A DNA stretch of 64,000 bases from Nymphaea colorata (Eukaryota), in contig NC_045138.2 in assembly GCF_008831285.2 (NCBI RefSeq), positions 25,606,001-25,670,000 on the forward strand, written 5' to 3'. Each line of letters begins with the position of its first letter. Positions within the stretch are counted from its first letter, which is position 1. The notes under the pieces were generated by a model that ran no database searches, was not told where the DNA came from, and worked only from the letters and a program-made list of their open reading frames with translations. The position numbers and the translations under genes were made by a program. Positions 13,801 to 27,988 of this stretch are shown here, one piece after another.

Positions 13801-15277
13801 AACAACTTGACAAGAGAATCGCAGCCGTGGAAGTATGTATTTTCTGTGCTTCTTTGTTTAAAGATTGTGTTTATCCTGGAATGGGTCTTGGCCAAGTACT
13901 AACCCACGACAATTCGTGCTTTATCTAGTCCTTGTTCTCCTAGTATCTGATAATTGACCTAACGTTCAGACACTAAGCTGGCTTCCGTTGATATTTTTGT
14001 TTACCATGGAATCTTATAGAATTGCTTTTATCTAGGGTCACCGTTGGCATTGAGTCACTCTGAAATTATATGAATGCTTGTTCATTATTTGTTTTAAATG
14101 ATTGCTGATTGCATCATATTAATATTCCTTGAAGTCATTGCAACCCTCTCTCATTGCAGAGATCAAATTTTGGCTTTGCCCAAAAGATTCACATATATGC
14201 TGATTGCAGCATTCTGGTGTGTGACTATGTAGAAAATGGAACGCTTCAGGTAAACTTCATATAGCCATCTTTTCTTGGTTGGGTGACAACCGTATAGAAG
14301 CTTTTTATTAGAATATTTCACTTATAATTTGTTCTATTGTTTTTTCGATTATTTTGATGATGAAAACTCTATGTAGGATGTCGTAAATTCTTATCTGGTT
14401 ACTGGCCATGCAATGGATGAAGTTACGTGTGTCTATTACACCATAGAGATGTTGCGCATGATTGAAACACTGCACAGAGTTGGGATCATTCATGGCGATT
14501 TCAAACCTGATAATCTGCTTGTTCGAAATGCCTGGTAAGTGCTGTAATTTTTCTTCCATGTACACTTGTAAGGCATTATATCCATCAACATAATTATCAT
14601 AAGTTCTCCTGCCTAAAATTATTTGCATGAAGAATCAGACTTTCAGTTATCTTTAGTTCATCCGTTTATAAGAAACTTGGAGGCATATACTTCTCAAAGT
14701 ATGCTCCTTTATATTAAGATTGTTGTTCCACATATTTCAGACACATGCTTGTCTAATGTGCCAAGACGTGAAACAAAAAGTAAAGCTCCCCACTGGCGTT
14801 CCTTATGCATAAAAAGCCTAATGATTAATGCTAAATCAATATCGAATGCTGCAAATTGGAGAAAATGTTGAGACGAGGGAAGTGAAAGAAAACATGTTTC
14901 TGAAATTTCTTATGTGAAATAATTACCTTTGTAACTGCTGATCACTAGAGTGATGTACTTATACAACAGCTTCATCGAATTCAAGAGAGGAAACATGCTG
15001 AGACACATTCGTTCACTAACATGATATCTGATAAGCGTGACTAACACACCTTGGCCTTCTTTCTTTGCATTTTGGCAACATGATGGACCTCGTTCATTCA
15101 TATGTAAATCATGACAAGAGTGGCTCTGTATTTCCTGATCGCTGAATGTAATTCCTTTCCTCTTTACCTTTTATTAATTGATGTCTTCAGGAACTTTAAT
15201 GCTGTTTAAGATTTTAAACAGCATTCTCTGTGAATTGTACACTATAAACTCCTTCACTAGTAGTTGAGTAGGAGTTA

Positions 15278-15311
<34 letters not shown>

Positions 15312-18123
15312 ACACACACACACACACACACACAACTGCGATTCATAAAAGCTCTTCTTTGAGTCAAGCAAGTTTTTTACTGCTGATTGTCAGGTCAGGA
15401 GAGATTATTTAGGGAAGGTACTTGACTGATTTAATGGCCAAATTAAATGTAAATTCATTTCATCATGTTGCAGACTCTCACCAAAAGTATCCATCTCCAT
15501 CACTTAGGGTGTGTTTGAATTATGTTGAGGGATCGCCCGATGCCCCAGCTCATGACACACCATCGTGCCACGCCCTTTTCCTTTCGTACTTGTAGGTGTG
15601 ACAAAAATAAATTGAAGAAGTGTTTAAATAAGACCAAGCATCACACCTTGTGGTTGATTGGGTTTGGGCTGAGGAAACACCAACTGAAAGAAAAACTCTC
15701 ACAACGGGCTTCTCTAGCACTCGACCACGCTGTTATATGGCAGTAAGGGTGTGTTTGGGAAAAGACTTTTCCGCCGTTTCTGTTACACCTCTATGGCTGT
15801 GATCGGATTTTGAAAAGTCCCTACATTTCCTTTGTAGAATGTTGCTTGATGAGGGAGCGCATGGTCGAGACAGGAGGCCTGTCTCAGACCGTTATTTTTC
15901 CACCCTTCAACCAGTTTCTCAAATCCTTATTAGCTTTTTTTGTTTTGCTAAGATTGTCAGTAGAACCCTTGTCTTTGACGTGACACTGGCCAAGTGGCGA
16001 ATTTCATTTTGGGTGCTAGCTACTCCCAACCAGTTACAATTCTGACTTGCTGATTGTGAGGCAAACCTGCTATTTTCGTTTGCACTTTCTAGCCTTTAAT
16101 GATCTTCTAGGCTTAATTGTGGTTCTAGGTTTTAGTTCTGTATGATACCATCTCGAGCATATTCATTTGATGGGGTTAAACATCTTTGCTGTTGATGTTG
16201 ATCCCACTTTGTTAATTAAGTGCAGATATTCATGCTTCCCCTGTGCGTAATAAGGCCCTCAAATTTTTTTTATGTTGCAGTTAGGATTGTTTAAACAAAT
16301 TTAGGATTTTTAGTAAAAATTCAAATTTCTCATATTAGAGCTAATATGTTGTTTATTCTTGTTCTTGTGAAGTGAGGTTTTGGAGGTGGAGGATTTCTTG
16401 GAAAGATCAGGATCATGGAAAGATCAGGTCTTTGTCACGTGACATGGTTTTAATTGAAATATTTGCTTCCTATTGTGTAACTAATAAGCTTTTTAATCGA
16501 GAGACGCTTCATTTTTTAATGTGTAACTAGTAAGGTTATCTCAGGGTCTCTGTCTTGTGGACTGGGGAAGGGGAATCGATCAGAGGCTGTTTCCTGATGG
16601 GACGGAGTTTGTGGCTGACTGTAGAACATCTGGTTTTCGCTGCATTGAAATGCAAGAAGGCAGGCCTTGGGTGTTTCAGGTGACTTTTATCCGAATAAAA
16701 CGTTCATTTAGCTGCCTGCAGGGTATCAAAATATGTGTTTCTGATCGTGAGACAATGGCTGCCACAGGGAGACGCTTACGGACTTTGTGTTATTGTGCAC
16801 ATGATGCTGCACGGAAAATACATGGAAGTTGAGAAGAAGGCATCCCCGGATGGCGGCTATCACTATCTACCAAGATCATCGTTCAAACGGTATATCACTA
16901 AAACGTCTACTTTACCTTCTGGTTATGGGTGGGTCAGGAGAATTCGTGAAGAGACCACGGTCTTTCCATGGCTCCATTCTTTTGGAATGTCGGTGATGAT
17001 ATCAATGTTTAGAACCTTGGTGACGGGTGCTGTTTTCAGGTGCTTATGAGCCAGGTTCTTTTTAGAAGTTCTTCTAGAATGCTGTTTTTTCTCAAAGAAA
17101 TCGTTGGAAAATTTTTCGAAGTTTCAAAAAAGAAAATGTAAAGAGTAACTGAAAAATGTATGAAATTATGAGTTTTCTACTAATTTACTAAATTTCTTAC
17201 AAAAAGGTTGTTGAGGCCATTAAAATTTTAAAAGAAATTAAACATGGTAAGAAATGGCGAACTAAAAGAAAACAGAGGATTTTTTGGGGATATTTTGAAA
17301 AATGATGAAGTTTTCCTGGTTGAAGCGTTTTCTTTTTTCCAGCAATGGTGTCAAGTTTTTTCAAAATATTGCCGACATTCGTGACGGCCGTTAGAGTTCC
17401 ACTAGGCCTCGATGCGTCTAGACCAGAATGCTGGTGTTGGGTCTGAAGAATGAAACTGGTACTGCTGACGGTATGGAAACCAACCCGGAAACCGTAAGAA
17501 AAGAAACCAGATCTGGTAGAACCATACCCAGATAGTTTTCTCGTGTGAATTCCCTCACCTGAATTTTGGTTATGGTCACTAAAGTTTTCCTCTGATTTAT
17601 AACTTGACAAAGTTAAATAACGCGACATGTATATTTCTAGGCAGTTCATGAACATCTCAAAAATTAAACTCGTAAAAACTTATTGTAAGGGAAAGACGGA
17701 ATAATCAAATAAAGCAGAAATCCAAACCCTATGAGATTGTTGGAGCGGGTAGGTCTTTCGTTTTCCTTGTTTTTCCCAGCTACATGGTGGTGCTTAATGT
17801 TGGTCAGTGCCAGTGCCAGTGCCTGCTTGCTTAACTGCGGAATCAACCCTAGTTACCTTATTAACAACCCAAATACAAATTTTAAGCGTCTTGCACTTTA
17901 TTAGATCTTTCTAACATAGACAAAATTTACCAGGTACTGGAATGTGGATCTCTGGAAGAGCTTATTTTCCGAGTTGCTAAATATTGGTTCTTCTGAGGAT
18001 ACTACAGTTTTACAGAATGTACGGGAAAAGTTTGAAAATTATTTTCGCGAGAATCCTCAGCTCATCAAGAAACTAATACAGCTGCTCGGAAGGCAGAGAA
18101 CTACACTGTGTTCTTCGAAGTGA
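10718..18123 (+). CDS. BUB1: Plant BUB1 (BMF1-type) mitotic checkpoint kinase, 544 aa. Exons 10718-10764, 10893-10958, 11050-11200, 11288-11445, 11568-11655, 12259-12372, 12444-12528, 13549-13652, 13761-13832, 14160-14249, 14377-14534, 16373-16427, 16545-16679, 16768-16889, 17934-18123.
   Basis: Mad3/Bub1 N-terminal motifs DDPIQPWL, RYLGDIRFLKIW and GIGKGHSFLYEAYA. Kinase motifs GKGGYAQV, VALKVQKPAFPWEFYMY, IIHGDFKPDNLL, LVDWGRGID and TSGFRCIEMQEGRPW. All introns are GT-AG and the exons sum to 1635 nt in frame. Confidence 0.93.
10770..10827. repeat. (CT)29 microsatellite in BUB1 intron 1
   Basis: Perfect CT run starting 5 nt into the intron. Confidence 0.95.
15280..15333. repeat. Compound (CT)n(CA)n microsatellite in BUB1 intron 11
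   Basis: Directly visible. Confidence 0.9.
15504..15960. mobile_element. Tourist/Harbinger-like MITE fragments in BUB1 intron 11
   Basis: Two starts, tta|gggtgtgtttg (15504) and taa|gggtgtgtttg (15744), resemble Tourist TIRs with TTA/TAA targets. The partner ends are degenerate. Confidence 0.35.
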
Positions 18124-19631
18124 AGTGTTTTGTTTTTATGGACTCTCCCTTGGCACCAGTTATCCGACCTTTTCTGCTTCCACTGACTTTGTGGCCCTCT
18201 TTCCGAAATAAATTCGTAACCTGATATCTGATTGTATTGATCGCAGCGTGAATAAATTGGTTCACTCTGCATCAACATGTAAAAGCTCTGATTGTCGTTG
18301 GTGCTTGTGTGTAAAAAAAATATATTGTACCTGTCCTTGTAATCCTACTTTCTACTGTATTTGATGGTCAGTTTCTTCTACCTCCTTTTTCCTTGGTTCC
18401 TTCTGTCTGAAACAGTGTAGAGAATTCCCTTGGTTTTCAAGGACTCTTCTAGTATGAATGTCCAATCCATTTACTGCAATGAACCCAGAATAAATTGATA
18501 AACACCTTGAAGGAAATCTAGAAGAGGCATATGGAATCTGAACGTTGGTGCCTAACTAAATGCCACAGCTGACATTCATGTCAACTATACATAATCAAAG
18601 GGGTTATAATTTTACCGTTTGAATTATCCGAATATCTGATCTGGATCACCAACTGGTGTAACTGCAAAGGCCTAAAGAAGTTCAAGCTAGCCCTTTCTGT
18701 TTGTAATGAAGCACTTGTTGCACTTGTAGCTGAGGCCTGAGCTATATCACCAACCCCTTGTTTATTTTTGTTCATCTTTTGATATCACTTGAAGAGCTGT
18801 CTTACACTTTGCTCGTGTCCACCTATCCGTCTCATGTGCATAGACAAAAATACTAGTTAATTTGCGGTGCCAACCGGTAGTAGATGTGTCAAAGTTGGAT
18901 TAGCTCACTCCAAGTTCTGTGGGATAGGTATACACGTAAAGGTCTGAAAAGGCCTACCATTTGACATGTTGTATGATCTTTAAACACTTGAAAAGACTCT
19001 TTGGAACAGCAAATTTAATTTATGTTTTCAGCGAGAACCATCTTGTGGCTAGTTTTTTCTCGACGGGAGAAACAACCCAAGCTTGAGCATGCTCGAGAGG
19101 TGAACAGGCCGAGCCTGAACATCAATCTCAGCTAGTTGTCTTCCATCCATGCATCTCAGTTCAAATAAGTTGAATTTATTATGAGATTTTATTTTTCCAA
19201 CTTTTGGCTGTAGTAGGTATGATTTGGATTAAAATTTTCAATGTCCATGGAAACCGGCGTCTCAGCTGATTGTATGCCTAAATTTGAATATAAGCTTTTC
19301 GTCTTGTAGCCCTCTGATATAGGTTTTGTGGAATCCATGGGGACAGTTGGTCCTCCAACGGGAAGCGCGTGAAGACAATGTTCTTACAGGACAAGAATTT
19401 GGTAGGGTTCACATGGACTGCTAGGCTGCTAATGTTCTCATTGATCTCTCTGTCCCCAAAATTCTACGCCTCTCAGCTCCTTTTCAGATTCCTCAGTCAA
19501 GCCGAGAACCCAACCTACTCCCCACCAAATGATGTCAAGTCCTTCACGCTAGCCATCCTATTGTCTGTGTTCTGTGTGTGCATGCACGCGTCTGTGTGTA
19601 TGTCTGTGTAGGCAAGCATGTGTATGAACGT

Positions 19632-19939
19632 TAAGAGTGGGCATCTGGCCGGGCTTGGGTTGGTTATTTGACATCTTGGCTAGGCTGGCCTGAGTTAAGT
19701 ATTGAGAGCTTGATTAACTCATCGTCGAGGTTTTCTTAATTATTAACAAATGAAATGTTGAGAGTTTCAAATAAGGGTAGACATCAAACAGAGCATCTGA
19801 CAGTCATGAAGTGGATGAGAGTGCCCAGCCTGAAAACTAAACTGGCGAGGCTTGTGGTGCTGGCAAGGGCTTCAGCCCAGCCCGAGCCTGGCTTTGTGGA
19901 GCGTTGAGCGGACCCAGCTCAGCCCAATACTCAGCCTTA
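19632..19939. mobile_element. hAT-like MITE
   Basis: Ends taagagtgggca...tactcagcctta form a degenerate TIR, with gggc/gccc subterminal repeats. The flanks atgaacgt and atcaatgc match at 5/8. Confidence 0.35.
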
Positions 19940-22541
19940 ATCAATGCTTATATAAGAGAGGAGAGAGAGAGAGAGCCCAACGAATTGAGGCATCTAGCGC
20001 TAGTGAAGTGCTAGTAATCAACATCCAAAATCCACCTTTACCTAAAGTGGAAATTTTAGGAAGCTCAGAGTTGAAGATTAGGCAGGGTTTGTGCTACTTG
20101 ATACTGTCTTTGGCTGGTGAGGCTTCTTTGAGGAGGAACCCCAAATCCTACTTTCTTTTCGCTCTTAGTTGTTAAAAGGAAATGTTGACTTGCTGCCGTT
20201 GCACTGTTTAGGTTGTGTTTCTAGCAACTACAACAGTTTTAAAAATTAAAACTAATGATATGACTTCAAATTTACCTTAGCACAGTTGACTTGTTGCCTA
20301 ACACTTTGATGGAACTTCAACAAAAATTTAAGAAATCATATCTACTTCTTTAACTAACTAGAAAGAAACCCACCGCATCAAAAGGGATGCTTAACCATGC
20401 ATGAAGAGCTATTAAGCATTTGACTTTGGATTCACTTAATCAGCCTTGGTTACAGTATCTGCACGAGCTGCGGCACGTGATATTGTTTATATTCACATGC
20501 TGTGTTTTCTACTAGAATTCATTCTCAAGATCAAGGCCACAAAAAGAAGTAAACATACAAAGAGCATATCCGGCTCCAATTTGATGCTTTGATCTATCTA
20601 AGACGTAAGTGCAGATAATGGCTTAAGCGATCAAGAATGGATTACGGCGAAGGCACTAGCGATTGATCTGCAACAGGCTAACGTTGATGATCAACTTGTA
20701 GATTCATCCATGTTTGAGAGTACTGGTTCTTTTGTTTATTTGTAGACTATCATTACCCTTGTTCTAATGGCAACACTAAATCCAAGCACTCATAGATACC
20801 CACAACAGTTACAGCACAGAACAATTGTTATTACTCTAACAAAGTGATCACACCCGGCCCTCCACTAACTAAAGTATGAAATTGGTCAGATGATAGATCC
20901 ACTCAAGTATATAAAAACGAAGATGGCCAATCGATTGCTTCTTGGCTGATCTTCAATGGTCTCATGATGTTGAAGATAATAAAAAATAACAACTGAGACT
21001 TCCTGCCTGCTTCTTCTTTCTCTTTTTCACCAAAAGGAGCATGTGGGCACCGGGCGCAAGCATTCCCATGTCGAAGACTTGTGGACGAAGCATGTCCAGT
21101 ACTCGTCCATTGACATTATGGCTGATTACTTTTAAGCTTTGCATGATGCATTTTCTTTTCTGTGTCAACGTTTTTGTGATGGAATCAGATATGGTGGAAT
21201 ATTATGTTCTGCTTTTATGGCTATGAATGAGGGGAATACTCTCGAATATTGATTCTGATAGTAAAGAACTTGTTGGAAACTGGTCTCCCGCCGTATTTCG
21301 ACCTGAGAAAAGATGAAAGACCCCACGCCTGCGGATGGCAACAAATCATTAGGCTGTTTGGCATGCAAGCACCAATGCAGCACCTGGGGATCACTTTCTT
21401 CCATGTTGACTGAAAACATATGATATGAGCCCAAAACTGATTGGACTTAAAAACTTTTTCCAATCTCCAGGAAAATGTACTCGCTGAGAGACTTTTTTTG
21501 CTCGCCTAGTCCCTCCATTCTCAAGGCATATTGGTACTTCTTCTTCTCACAACCTGAATTTGCTCCCTTAGTTTTGGGAGGTAATATCACATCAAACTTA
21601 TGACAAGATGTAGGTTTGGAGAAAATTTTTCCATGCCGAAACACTGATTTGGATCGATGTCTGGACCAAATGGCCTATTATTGGTTGTTGAAGCAACAAT
21701 GGTACGTTTGTCTTTGAAATTAAGTCTCACAATTTCCTTTAGTTGGTAGCTTTTTGAATGATGTTTCGAAAAGTCCCATTAAGTCTTATTAAAGAGTATA
21801 TAAATTGAAATAATACTCATAATATAACCAGAGACGGTACTATGTTTCTAATATTCCAAATAATTTGGATATGTTGTTAATTTAGATGGTAAAGTGAAAA
21901 GTAATTTAATTCCTTAATCCCCTTATCATATCATGTTCTGGTGCTACAGGCTAAAGATTTAATTCGCTTCATTAAGCTGCTTGTCTTAAGCGTGTTTTCA
22001 TTATCCAAACAAAACTTGTGTGTATTTTGGTATACTTTTAGTTAGTAATATATATGGTGGATTTTCTTATATTACATGTCAACTTCCCGAAAAATCAGAT
22101 GATCGTATTGATGTGATATTCCTCCTTTTGGCATCATATATTAAGTTACATCAATTCTTGCAGGAGCCAGAAGTCAAAATAACTTGCTTCTCACTTTGAA
22201 ATGCGTACTCTATTTGGATCATTCAAACACGAAAGGAACCATTTATCGTCACTGTAGGTGCCAACTGGAAGCATGCGTATATTTCTCCACGCACTTTCAC
22301 GTTTCAATTGAATATTCGTCATCTTGTTCCCTGAAAAAAAACTTGAAAATAATCTCATACCAAAAACCTTGAAAAATCTTCAACAGATTAATTTATGCAG
22401 ACTCTTTTGATTCATAATGTTTTCACATCAAATGAAAGCCCCTTGGAAGGCTATTGGGAAAATGGGAATTTATTAAGGAAACTCATTTGTTTCCTCTCTC
22501 CCTCGCCTCTCCTAACTTAGGATATCTTGGACTTAAAAAAA

Positions 22542-22584
<43 letters not shown>

Positions 22585-23912
22585 GGTGTTGGATCCAAGA
22601 TGTTAAAATGTGGTGGCACACTTTGGAATGAGGAAAATTGCCAAACAAACCCGTTGACAGATCCGGGGTGCATAAATATGGTGCTGGATCCAAGGTGATT
22701 CTGGATCTCAAGGCCACAGATGTGCGTGATGTTTGCCTGCATCTTGAGTTTATGGCATTGCGATTCGGATCAGGTCCGAACTCCCAGACTTGGCTTTCCT
22801 CATGGTTGATGGTAATAGGGCAGCTCCCCCTGGTTTTGCGCCGTGAGGTTTGACTACTGTGCCCATGTTCCGAAATTTAAGCCAAAAAATTGAAATTTAT
22901 TAGCAATTTCCCTTCAAAAGTTTATTTTGATCTTTATTCGTATGGAGCATCATTTATGACAACTGCCAAACACTTGCATTGTATTATATTATTGTTTTAA
23001 GTAGAAATTTCAGCGTTTGGTTCAAATTCAAACCCAACGTAGCAATTGGATCTGAAATCATAAATTCAAACCCAAGTAGTGAAACTTCAACAAGTTCAAA
23101 AATTGTAAGGTTTATATCTTGAAATAATCATGGAAGTATGAATTGTTGGATGAAATCTTTCAAAATCTAAAAAAATAAAGTCGCAAAAATATTCGTAAGA
23201 GAATTGAGAAAAAATAAGTTAAGCATATGAACGAACTTCATCTATTTTCCAGTTTAAAAGTTTTAACAAATTTTCAGAGACAACCGATAAAATTGGAGCG
23301 ATACCTTTTTATTTTATTAAGTACTTTAAATATGTATTAATTAATGACTTTCCCAATAAAAAATAAAAAAAATGCTTGAATTCAAAGGCCGATATAGGCC
23401 AATGCATATCGGCAATACTTATCATATTTCGAAGTTTTCCATTTAATATAAAAACTGATATACTACTTCATTGTCAACACCTGCTCCCGCGAAACTGGCA
23501 AGCCCACGCTTTTCTTCAACTTGATTTGAAATAGAAAACTCAAACCCTCTCGAACATCCATTTTCCGGGGTTGTTTCACCAAACGTTTACTTAACGCTCC
23601 TCCTTGTCTAAGGCTGATTCCATGGTAAAATAGTAGCGTACTGGGCGGCAAGGTGGTTCGACTCCTATAAAAACTTGTGTTCGAATATTGGAGTGGTCAC
23701 TATCACATCTCAGTGCGTTATACCTCTGGATCGTAAAAGGTCACGAAGCATGCTTTGTGAACCCAGAGGGTGGACACAAGAAGCGAATGACTTTTTTTAG
23801 AGATGAACCACTCACCCTTAAAGAAAAAAAAAAAGAACTCATTGGTTATGTTAGTATCGTGTCCGTCTACATGTTACCCGACACCATAACACCGATACGA
23901 CAGCAGGCTCGC

Positions 23913-24086
23913 CAAGGATGTCCATCTGCTGTCCAATCTAATCTAGATCCGACCCACGACTATTTATCTGAACCCACAAGATTAAATCCAATTGCCAATT
24001 GAATCTTATTACTGCACTGAATTTTGATTTCTGGATGAGCGGGCTCGGGTCAGATACCAACAAAACCCGAACCGTTGACATCTCAA
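23913..24086. mobile_element. Degenerate hAT-like MITE related to 32292-32694
   Basis: Ends caaggatgtcca...ttgacatctcaa with internal gatccga/acccga motifs. Confidence 0.4.
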
Positions 24087-25835
24087 AGTGGTTCGGAACT
24101 TCGGATCCTGGGGCAGACAGTCATGGCGTTGCGAGAAGCTCATAGTGTCGAGCCAAAAAGTGAACTGTTCCTGTCCAAAATGTCAACCATCTTAATGTCA
24201 AAAATGATCCTCTGTTCTGCAAAATCAGTCTTTCGATAGGGACCCATATGGAATACTTTTTCTTTGTCCCTAAGTGCCGTTTATGGGGCACCTTATATGA
24301 TGCAGGATGGTCAAATCTTGCACTAGAAACTCTCACCAAACGTTCACATTTGTGGGACCCGATCTCTTTATAGATCCTTCATTTTCAATATAAGTAAGAT
24401 GCCACTTGGGTTCTAGAATACGTGTATGCATGCGCATGTGCATGCAAACACGCGTGCGTGTGTATTTGTATGTCTAATTTAACTCCACAAATATCTATAT
24501 TTAATTGATGTCATGCATGCAAAAGAAAAGGCATATGTTCTTATTAAGAGATAAGATTAATTGTAAATAGTAACTTGTTGAATTGTGTTTGGAAGATTCT
24601 TGGAAATGTTAAAGGATTTATAAAGAGGAGAGGTTGACTAAATGAATGGTCGTCTTGGTTCTTTAGTCTTTTGATACCAGAACAAAAGCTACTATATATA
24701 TGGAGAGCAGGTTAAAATCCGTCAAACTAAGAGCCCAAACTCGTGTAAAACTGAATTATTAGGTTGTTAGATGAATTGCAATCTTGCCGTTCGCGTAGAT
24801 TCAAGGAAGATCATTTATTAAGATTAATCACACTTTAGTCTGCTGTTCTATTGCTATAAGATTGATCGTATTTCAAGTCATGCTTACCTAGTGAAGTCCT
24901 GATTTTTCGCAGCCAATAATTTTGATGCATTATGAGGTACCGACTTTTAACAGTTGTTGCATCTTTTTTTCTTAGATCCAAACGGCGTGAATCAAAAACT
25001 TTATTGTTCATTAAATATACACGCAATCGCAGTTAATCATTCATCAATGGATGAATATTGTTTGTCAACTTAAGAATCGCGCGGTTGCAATCATCCACAA
25101 TTAACGTGATTATCTTGTCCGGTCAAACGTCGGATACACTATTTCTCAAGTCCACTCGAGAAGAAAAAGTCCCTGCCCATGTGAACCTCGTTCCATGTAG
25201 GTGGCCTCCTTTGGAATTTAAGATGAAAACTCTAATTCATATGAAAATATATGTAGTATATTTTGACCGTTGAATAAAAATATAAAAGCTGGGGCGGGCA
25301 GGCAAAGGCTGACCGAGAGGTCGACTGACGGCGAGCATTGATTCCTTTAACTTGGATGGGAAGAAATCGGCTTGAAAACATATAAAACTCAAGAACCATT
25401 ATGGGCTTGGGGAGTATTAATGCCGGCGTAGAACCAAGGCGGTCAAAACCGGAACGGGCAACTTGGTCCGGACCAAAACGGGCTTCGTATTATATCTAAG
25501 ATCTTGAACGTTGATTATGGTTCAAGAGATGAGTCTAAAAGAAGATGAATTGGAAGGCAAAATCGAAATTTCAAAAGCTCCAAACACGTTGATACGTTAT
25601 AACTAAGAATGTCCACAATTACTATTGCTGCATGCGAACTCTTCTCCCATGGAAAAGATATCTACACCATATGGTAGGAGTCACGGATGAATAGACTTGC
25701 TTTTAGTTAGTCAAAATCTTTCTGTTATCTTTGCTTCACCTTTGCTGTTCGTTCTCATACTTTTCTGCTTCTCCCTTCGCCAGACAAAACATTCAATCGA
25801 AAATTATTGTCTGTTGGCGCATTAACATGGACAAA

Positions 25836-25953
<118 letters not shown>

Positions 25954-27988
25954 AGAGGTAAAGTAAAGAACGGATCTCTTTTCGATACGTGGAAATCAGT
26001 AGAGTGGGGATTTCAAGCACTAGCAGGAGAGTCCATGAAAGAGAGAAAAAAGAAAGAGATATACCACCATTGGAGCACGATGATATGAAAAATGAAAATG
26101 AAGTCAAAGGCCTTTATCGAATTTGGCTTCACCCACTTTGCCATTTCTTTCGTCTCTCTATCATCTTCAACTCTGCTTCAAGAACTTGTTTACGACTGCA
26201 CTCAAAGGTAAGAAACTCTCTTTCAACGTGGAAAGTGAATGCAGTATGAGCACATTTTGACAACCACTTTAGAGAGAGAAAGAGTACGTGGTCACTCGTC
26301 ACTTATAAGCAACAAGTGGAAGGGGCCATTTTTCAGAATCCTTTAACGGGAAAAAGGGAAAAGGAAGGCTCATTCTTCTTCTTTTATCTTTACCTGCCCT
26401 GAAAGATATCTTGGATGCAAGGAACCCTCCCCAAGAAGAAAGCAGTCAAACTTAAATGTGAGGAGGTCTCATCTCTTTTGGTAAACACAAACCTCGGTTA
26501 GTTCTGCATTTAAAACTTTAATTAAAGTGCCATTGTTCCGAACTTTACTTTTCCAGCTCTCTCTCTCTCTCTCTCACGCACATAAACAATTAATAAAAAT
26601 CTGTTGAAAAGAAAACCATGCAGGGTTATGTTTTGACTCGTAAAAGTTGCAACTAATCAGTGGGGATGGCGCAGAGACTAGAGAGTACGTGCGAAACCTT
26701 GTTGTTTGAAGTATCAAACGTAGTTCCAAAACCATAATCTATTGAAATTAAAATTTAGTTTAACGGCCGCCTTTTTGCTATTGTTTCTGACTTAGTTTCA
26801 AAAGCACAATCTAAATTGGTAAAAAAAAAACTGCACTTCTCTTTTATGTATGTATATAAATGAGTTGAAATTCTCTGACCATGTTAATATGATTAAAGCC
26901 CGATGCATTCGAAAAGTCTGCTGAGAAGTCGGATGATTTCTCTGTCCAAACTTCAACAATATATATATATAGAGAGAGAGTTTGAGACAGTATGGTGTGA
27001 GAAGATACAGAAACAGAACTGATCTACTTAACCTTCATAATTATACTTCTAATCTCAAAATTAAAAGATTCACACTGAAAACAGGTAGGTACAACATGCT
27101 ATCCAATTCTAATTGCGCTATCCATACCTTGATAGAGAGGGAGGGAGAGAAAGAATGAATGAATGGGGACGGTCAAAGGAAGGGGTTTGAAGGAAGAGGC
27201 AGACAGGGGGAGTGGAACTCTGGGGACCGCGCTTTCACATGGAAAGCAGCAAGTTTGACTCGCAATCTCATTCTCAAAAGAGAGAGAGAGAGAGAAGGGG
27301 GGAGAGAGAGTTGCAGGTTCTGGCCTTCACGCTCCATTCTCGCGCTCTCTTTCCCTCTCCCTCTCTGCTTCTCGCTCTTTCTCTCACCGGCAATAACGCG
27401 TGACATCCACCGGCCGCACCGAACCCCCCCTCTCTCTCTCTCTCTATACAAGCCGCTACGCAAAGCTGCGCAGCAGGAGGCTTGTGATAAAGTGTGGGGA
27501 GCCGGAAAAAAGATAAAGGAAGAAGGGAGAAAAGAGAAAAATTAATCATCCTATCAGAACCCCGTTTCCACCAACTGGGGTTAGTGATCGGAGTAGGTCG
27601 TACCATTTTTTTTTTCAGCTCAACCACTATTGTTTTATTTAGTGGGGAGAGAAAACAAAAAGGAATTGATTTTCTTTCCTTCTCTTACAACCTTCTGCTC
27701 CTTTTCTGTCTCTGTACTTCATGCTTTTCCATGATTGACAAGGAGATAGCAAAGCCCTTTCCTTGTTTCAAAATAATTTGAATTACTGGTCCTTCTTCCT
27801 TCTTTTCACCATTTGCTTCAATCTGAAGGATTGCTGGTTGGTTCTTTGTGCTCTTCTGAGACTAAAGGAGTGCAGAAGAAGATAATTTGGGGCTGTCCCC
27901 TAGACGGTTGGCTTCTTCCAACTTCGTTTCTTTTAATCAGTGTTCATGTTTAAGCGCGGTATCGTTGGTTTCTAGCGTTTCGGTGTAG

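Noticed and set aside
20300..21700. Possible decayed transposase or gene fragments
   Set aside because: All frames are interrupted and I could not recognise a motif. A translated search would be needed.
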